In this document: one piece after another, positions 58,710 through 64,000 of the stretch
How the letters are laid out: each line of letters starts with the position of its first letter
Position numbering within the stretch: position 1 is the first letter of the stretch
Program-made: the position numbers and the translations under genes
The notes under the pieces: model-generated
Told to the model about the DNA's origin: nothing
Databases searched by the model: none
What the model saw: only the letters and a program-made list of their open reading frames with translations
Assembly: GCA_036679605.1 (NCBI GenBank)
Contig: JAZDCZ010000180.1
Coordinates: 64,001-128,000 of the forward strand
From: Gemmatimonadota bacterium
GTDB lineage: Bacteria; Gemmatimonadota; Gemmatimonadetes; Gemmatimonadales; GWC2-71-9
Length of the DNA: 64,000 nt
Reading direction: 5' to 3'

Positions 58710-60066
58710 GCGCCTCCAGCTTCATAGATGGTTCGCCTACCCTCGGTACATCCAACTCGGACCGACATACTCCAGGGATCCAGATAACTTCACCGCCCCG
58801 AACCACAATCGGGTACGCAGCCCGGTCCCGAGATCGTACACCGGCCTCCATCAACAACCTCCGGACCCTGCGCCGACCTACACCGCCCAACGGAAAAATT
58901 CTGTCGCCTGTTCGCTGCACCCTGATCTCGCCCGCACCGAGCGTAACCCACGTACAAAACGAACCGCGACTCAACCTCTTCGCCGGCTCGGGCACCCACT
59001 CAAACTCCCACTCCCGCCAGGCAGCGCTGCCACGCTCCTTCGCGCCCCAAACCACCGGTTCACACAAACGCACGCTCGGCGGCGGCTCCACTTGTGCAAT
59101 CCGCAATCGCGAGAACACGATTTCGGCCTCCCAGCCCGACCCGAGTTCAAACCTGTGCCCGCTGGAACTCTTGGCGAGAAATTGCCGCAAGCGTGTCGCA
59201 CACTTGGGCCCCACCACACAACCAGCCTCTCGTGCCAATGCACGCAAAATGCCTTCTGATAACACTTTATGATACCGTTGAAACGGTGCCCGAGCAACCT
59301 CGACGACCCCGGTGTGGCCACTTAATTCCAGCTCGGGGAGCACCCGCAGGATCTGAGACCATGCGGCCCTCTCGGAGGCCGCCTGCCTGGCCACGTCCAA
59401 CAGTCGATCGTCTGTTCCCGGGCCAAAACGGTCACGGAGTAGCGGCAGCAATTCTGTGCGCAGCCAGGATCGGTCGTGACGCGGATCGACGTTGCTGGGA
59501 TCGTCGAAGACAGGAGGCCGGCTTTCCGGATCGGGGTAGGTCGCCTCCATCCACGAGACCAGCTCCGATTTCCGAAATGGCAAGAGCGGACGTCTCAAAC
59601 CTCCGGCACTGCTACTTGCGATCCCCGCCAGGCCAGCCGTTCCGGAACCTCGCAGGAACCGGTATAAAACGGTTTCGACCTGATCATCCGCGTGGTGGGC
59701 CGTGACCAAGTATTTCGCCCCAACACGCCTCTGAACACCGCGCAGAGCTTCGTAGCGGGATACACGCGCCACGGTCTCCGTTGTGCCCGGGCCCAAGGCA
59801 AGCGTCTCGATGTAACATCTGAGGGAAAACCGCTTTGCCAGTTTCTCGACCCGGCACGCCACATCTCGACTCCCGCCAAGAATGCCGTGATCGACGTGAG
59901 CGATTGCGAGATCCAGATCCAGATCACCGGCGATCGCAACCATCAACCCAAGTAGGGCGATCGAGTCTGCTCCCCCGCTCACAGCGAGTAGAGCAAGCCC
60001 TGGTTCATCGAAAAGCAGCTCGTCCTGCACATATCGCAGCAGACGAGTGCCGACTTCGGTTGTCAC
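58672..60066 (-). CDS. tilS: tRNA(Ile)-lysidine synthetase
   Basis: AVSGGADS, HVDHG, TAHHADDQVET, RPLL, DPSN. Start set at GTG 60066 (GTGA overlap). Confidence 0.94.
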   Translation of the reverse strand: MTTEVGTRLLRYVQDELLFDEPGLALLAVSGGADSIALLGLMVAIAGDLDLDLAIAHVDHGILGGSRDVACRVEKLAKRFSLRCYIETLALGPGTTETVARVSRYEALRGVQRRVGAKYLVTAHHADDQVETVLYRFLRGSGTAGLAGIASSSAGGLRRPLLPFRKSELVSWMEATYPDPESRPPVFDDPSNVDPRHDRSWLRTELLPLLRDRFGPGTDDRLLDVARQAASERAAWSQILRVLPELELSGHTGVVEVARAPFQRYHKVLSEGILRALAREAGCVVGPKCATRLRQFLAKSSSGHRFELGSGWEAEIVFSRLRIAQVEPPPSVRLCEPVVWGAKERGSAAWREWEFEWVPEPAKRLSRGSFCTWVTLGAGEIRVQRTGDRIFPLGGVGRRRVRRLLMEAGVRSRDRAAYPIVVRGGEVIWIPGVCRSELDVPRVGEPSMKLEARAGANTRVDGRS

Positions 60067-60539
60067 CCTCCCTCCGATGCCTTCTTGCGAGCCTGCGCCA
60101 GGTAGCCAGGCTTGAGCCCGAGGAGATGGGAGACCTTTCTCATGAGATAGCTTTCGTGTTTCGCCAACTCGCCGTCGGCGTACACCACCCGCCACATTAC
60201 TTCAGCCAGCACCATCTTCTGGCCAATATCGTAGCGTTCCGTGATGAGCCGGGTAAACTGATAGAGATCGACGGCCCGTGTTCGCTCCTCCTCGGCAAGA
60301 GCAATCAGCTCATTGGCTGTGTCGGGTGGCACATCAAAGTGCCGTACCAACGCCTCCTCGATATGGGCTCGTTCGTCCGCCGTGAACTCGTCATCTGCGT
60401 GAGCCAACTCCAACAGAAGCGCACAGGCAGCAATTTGGATCGAACCGTGCCGTGCTGTTGACGACGCCGCTAGCTCGTCTGTTGGCTCCTCTGCGGAATC
60501 AAGATTCTTGATGAAGAATGACTTGATGCTTTCAAGCAT
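60063..60539 (-). CDS. TerB-family protein
   Basis: ALLLELAHADDEF…E, DLYQFT, WRVVYADG..HE…RKV..LLG. Confidence 0.85.
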   Translation of the reverse strand: MLESIKSFFIKNLDSAEEPTDELAASSTARHGSIQIAACALLLELAHADDEFTADERAHIEEALVRHFDVPPDTANELIALAEEERTRAVDLYQFTRLITERYDIGQKMVLAEVMWRVVYADGELAKHESYLMRKVSHLLGLKPGYLAQARKKASEGG

Positions 60540-60568
60540 GCACTACCCTCCCTACAGATCTACCGTGG

Positions 60569-61255
60569 CTATTTACTCGTTCCGTCGTTCCACTGCACGA
60601 ATTCCTCGAGTGACTTGCGCCGCAAGTCCGGTACTGTCGCATCGTCGGACGGGTACCCTATGGGAAACAGGATATACGGTTTCTCGTTGGGGGGACGATT
60701 CAACAGCTTCGAGAGAAATCCCATTGGGCTAGGAGTGTGAGTCAAGGTCACTAAACCCATTGAGTGCAAGGCGCTGATAAAGATGCCACACGCTATACCG
60801 ACGCTCTCGTTTACATAGTAATTGTTCCGCTTCGTACCGTCCTCGGCGAGGCCGTATGATTCCTTAAAGACAACCACTAAATAGGGAGCTTCTTCAAGAA
60901 ACGGCTTGTGCCAATCGGTCCCAAGAGCAGCCAGCGCCTCCAGCCACTCCTTGGAAAACCGGTGATCGTAGTTGTCGCGTTCTTCTCGCTCGGCGGCTTC
61001 TCTAATGGAGCGCTTGATCTCTTTGTCATCGACAATTACGAAGCGCCATGGTTGGCGATGTGCTCCCGAAGGAGCCGTCGCAGCAGCACGCACAGCGTAC
61101 TCAATACAATCACGAGGTACCGGATCCGCCGAAAAGAAGCGGACCGACCGTCTCCGGTTCATGAGTTCGTGAAATTCTCGAGCCCTGGCGACCATCTCGC
61201 TCTCTGTGCGGCGCTCAAACTGCAACGGAACGTAGCGCGGTTTACTACCTACCAT
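60569..61255 (-). CDS. Nitroreductase-superfamily protein, iodotyrosine deiodinase (IYD)-like
   Basis: RRSVRFFS, APSGAHRQPW, AEREERDNY, LGTDWHKPFL, ESVGIACG, LTHTP, VPDLRRK. Confidence 0.85.
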   Translation of the reverse strand: MVGSKPRYVPLQFERRTESEMVARAREFHELMNRRRSVRFFSADPVPRDCIEYAVRAAATAPSGAHRQPWRFVIVDDKEIKRSIREAAEREERDNYDHRFSKEWLEALAALGTDWHKPFLEEAPYLVVVFKESYGLAEDGTKRNNYYVNESVGIACGIFISALHSMGLVTLTHTPSPMGFLSKLLNRPPNEKPYILFPIGYPSDDATVPDLRRKSLEEFVQWNDGTSK

Positions 61256-61370
61256 CGCGACTCCTTAAGATATCTTGTCTGACTATCTGGAATTTATGCC
61301 GAGAACAGGCCGGCGGTTAGCGCCGGCGACATATGGACGAGGAGCAACCTTACTCGTGGCAAGCCCGCTC

Positions 61371-62819
61371 TTATAGATAGGGACTCAATAGGCGCGCCGT
61401 ACCGTCGCGCAGCCGAACCGGAAGGCTGCGTGCGTCCACATCGGCCTTGGTGACTTCGCGCGCACTGCTCAGTTTTGCTTCGACGACACGACCCAGGCGC
61501 TCGGATAGGTCTTCGTCATAGCACTCCAAGTCGAACTCGAAATTTAGCCTTAGGCTCCGGTCGTCCCAGTTGGCCGAGCCAAGAAGAACCCATGCCCCGT
61601 CCACTAACGTGAGCTTGGTGTGATCGAACGGTGCCGGCGAAGCGAAGACACGACAGCCTCGTTCCAAGAGGCGCCAGAGGTGTGCGGTGGACGCCCACTT
61701 CACCAACGGCTGGTTGCTCACGGCGGGCAGCACAATCGTGACAGCAACGCCACGCATTGCCGCAACGTTCAGTGCGCTTATCAGCTCGCGATCTGGCAGG
61801 AAGTAGGGAGTGACGACACATATGCGTCGTTGGGCAGTTGCAACGGCAGCCAGCAGAGTCAGATGCAGTCTGTCAAAATCTTCGTCTGGTCCATCTGCAA
61901 TCCCTCGGGCCAGAATCGATCCTGCCATCTCGAGTTCAGGAAACCAGTTTTCTCCCGTCAAAACTTCCTCGGTACTGAACGCCCAGTCTTCTGTAAATGC
62001 CTCCGCAAGATGCTCTACTACAGGACCTTCGACCCGAAAATGGAGATCCTCTACCGGCCGACGAGGAAGGTCGTTCAGAACGTGGCCCGCCCGAATGTTC
62101 ATTCCACCCGTAAAACCCACACGTCCGTCCACTACAAGGATCTTGCGGTGAATTCGGAGATTGAGAAACGGGATTCTCCATGGCTTCACAGCCTCCAGGA
62201 ACCGCGCTACCGTCACACGCTTGCGCCTTAGCGCTCGCACCATTGAGGGCCACGAATACCGGGATCCAAAGGCATCGATCAGCACCCTAACCTCAACCCC
62301 CCTAGTCACTGCGCGACCAAGAGCATCGAGAAATCGCTCTCCAGCTCGGTCATGATCGAATATGTAAGTGCTCAATCCCAGGGTGTGCTCGGCTGCATCG
62401 ATGGCATCCAGCATCCGTGGATAGGCCTCATCGCCATTCACCAATGCTTCTATCCTGTTGCCAGATACCAGGGGTCGCCCAGCAACACGTCCGACCATCC
62501 TGGCGAGTCCGGCCAGGTGACCTCGCTGCTCCGACAACTTGTCGGTAACGGCATGCCAATCGGTAAATGTGTCAGGCGGGCGCTGGCGGGCGTCGTGGCC
62601 CAGCCGTCTCAATGCCGCTGCCCGGCGCTTGATTCGATTGATTCCGAGAAGCACGTACAGCAGGGAGCCCACAATTGGCACGAACCAGATCAAACCAACC
62701 CAACCCGCTGCCGCGCGGGGATCCCGCTTGTGCAGCACGACGTGGCCTGACATCCCGAGTGCCAGAATCACCGTCAGTGCGCCAATGATCCATGAGCGAA
62801 GCTCCAAGAGATCAACCAC
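61371..62819 (-). CDS. cls: Cardiolipin synthase (ClsA-type)
   Basis: Two N-terminal TMs; two HKD motifs (HRKILVVDG, HTKLTLVDG); TPYF, SLRLNFE. Start approximate. Confidence 0.92.
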   Translation of the reverse strand: MVDLLELRSWIIGALTVILALGMSGHVVLHKRDPRAAAGWVGLIWFVPIVGSLLYVLLGINRIKRRAAALRRLGHDARQRPPDTFTDWHAVTDKLSEQRGHLAGLARMVGRVAGRPLVSGNRIEALVNGDEAYPRMLDAIDAAEHTLGLSTYIFDHDRAGERFLDALGRAVTRGVEVRVLIDAFGSRYSWPSMVRALRRKRVTVARFLEAVKPWRIPFLNLRIHRKILVVDGRVGFTGGMNIRAGHVLNDLPRRPVEDLHFRVEGPVVEHLAEAFTEDWAFSTEEVLTGENWFPELEMAGSILARGIADGPDEDFDRLHLTLLAAVATAQRRICVVTPYFLPDRELISALNVAAMRGVAVTIVLPAVSNQPLVKWASTAHLWRLLERGCRVFASPAPFDHTKLTLVDGAWVLLGSANWDDRSLRLNFEFDLECYDEDLSERLGRVVEAKLSSAREVTKADVDARSLPVRLRDGTARLLSPYL

Positions 62820-63504
62820 TGACACCGTCGATCGGCTCGATGCACTCGGGCAGGTCATTCGCCGGCTTGTTGACCAGAGTGCTCACCGGTTGCGCGATCA
62901 TCTGATCAGGTGGGAACGGATGTAGCAACTCGCCTAGTTTCCCCTTGTCACGAGTGTTCGGATCCAGCCAAGCATCGTGCTGCGCAGCGTTTAATATTGC
63001 GGGCATGCGATCGTGGATCGGCCGTGTTACTTCGTTCGGTTGAGTCGTAATGATCGTACAAGAATTGATGACCTGTCCTTCTCCCTGCCACCGATCCCAC
63101 AGTCCGGCAAACGCGAATGGTGATCCGTCACGCATCCGAATGTAGTAGGGCTGCTTGTGGCCACCCACCCGCTGCCACTCGTAGAACCCGTTCGACAGGA
63201 TGAGACAGCGACGTTCCCTCAAGGGATCCCTGAACGCCGGCTTACTCGCGACCGTTTCGGCTCGCGCGTTGATCGTGCGTGCACCGAAACCAGCTTCTCG
63301 CGCCCAGTGGGGAATGAGCCCCCACTTCAGCATGACCGGCTCACGTTGAGAATCTTCTCCCAGCCGAACTGCTGCCACCCGGTCCGTAGGGGCAATATTG
63401 TAACGGGGGCCTACGTCAAACACCCGCCGTACCTCCTCAAGCGGGAGGCGAAATATCCGCGCCAGTTCCTCGGGCGAAGCAAATAGTGTGTACCGACCAC
63501 ACAT
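62812..63504 (-). CDS. SOS response-associated peptidase (SRAP/YedK/HMCES)
   Basis: MCGRY N-terminus; RYNIAP, WGLIP, INARAE, FYEW, IHDRMP. Confidence 0.95.
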   Translation of the reverse strand: MCGRYTLFASPEELARIFRLPLEEVRRVFDVGPRYNIAPTDRVAAVRLGEDSQREPVMLKWGLIPHWAREAGFGARTINARAETVASKPAFRDPLRERRCLILSNGFYEWQRVGGHKQPYYIRMRDGSPFAFAGLWDRWQGEGQVINSCTIITTQPNEVTRPIHDRMPAILNAAQHDAWLDPNTRDKGKLGELLHPFPPDQMIAQPVSTLVNKPANDLPECIEPIDGVSG

Positions 63505-63607
63505 GTCAGACCTCGGGTCCTATATTAAACCTCGCAAAGTTCTAGCAACAATCTACTGGCACATTGTTGAATTCGTGCGGGTATCAGCAGACGGATCGCG
63601 AACATCT

Positions 63608-64000
63608 ATGAATCAACATTCCGACTTTCCGCAAAATAGACCGCTCCGCAGCCGCCTGCGGCTCACGATATTTGCCACCGGAGTTGCTTGCTATTTTCTG
63701 TCGATCGTCGCGGCCTGGACTCCGGGTCTAACAGACGTGGCCTATGGCAGGTGGATGGGTCCCCTCGTTGCTCGATGGTTGTCGCTGCTGACCGGAGTCA
63801 TTTCCATATCGCTGGCCGAGGTATTCGTGCTGGGTGTCATCCTGCGTCAGTTGGTGGGTGGCTCTGTCGCCGTGGTACAGGTCGGACGCCGGCAGCGCCA
63901 CTGGACCAACGCTGCCTCCGCCGCGCTGCTGCGACTGGCCCAGGACGCCGGAGCCCTGCTGGCCCTCTTCTACGTGCTCTGGGGCTTCAACTACTCGCGG
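63608..64000 (+). CDS. Partial membrane protein, DUF3810-like
   Basis: Open frame from ATG 63608 to the edge, with TMs ending …FYVLWGFNYSR (WGxNY.R recalled from DUF3810). Confidence 0.65.
   Translation, partial: MNQHSDFPQNRPLRSRLRLTIFATGVACYFLSIVAAWTPGLTDVAYGRWMGPLVARWLSLLTGVISISLAEVFVLGVILRQLVGGSVAVVQVGRRQRHWTNAASAALLRLAQDAGALLALFYVLWGFNYSR

Noticed and set aside
61256..61370. CCGGCG-GTTAG-CGCCGG hairpin as a riboswitch or ncRNA upstream of the IYD-like gene
   Set aside because: A short GC stem with no U-tract and no recognisable aptamer consensus.
1..64000. CRISPR arrays, rRNA, IS elements, prophage
   Set aside because: No spaced direct repeats, rRNA-like tracts, transposases or phage genes were seen by eye.

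Overview
A GC-rich bacterial chromosome segment; gene content suggests Gemmatimonadota, which is an inference. Nearly all genes between 2542 and 63504 lie on the minus strand, often with overlapping stop/start codons. In transcription order: SRAP-cls-iodotyrosine deiodinase-like-terB-tilS-hpt-ftsH-folP-cdaA-DUF2723; then yggS-divIVA-PNP-ileS-dksA/traR-lspA-rluD; then an unusual ~18 kb signalling locus; then tRNA-Val, a TPR gene and tRNA-Asp; then the dcw cluster (rsmH to ftsZ) with an M23-hisA-membrane protein-ftsY-recG tail. asnS and a DUF4160 toxin-antitoxin-like pair sit at the left edge. The standout is the signalling locus at 26756-44645. It is a complete chemosensory set (3x CheW, CheY, CheA, CheC, CheR, CheD, CheB) with no chemoreceptor, split by an inserted module: a giant TPR protein, two DUF4388/PATAN-TPR proteins with MshEN-like repeats, three Roadblock/MglB proteins, an MglA GTPase, and a protein of two tandem DnaA-type AAA+ domains with no DNA-binding domain. 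ftsW is frameshifted by a perfect 19-bp tandem duplication. All calls come from reading sequence and motifs; no database searches were run.
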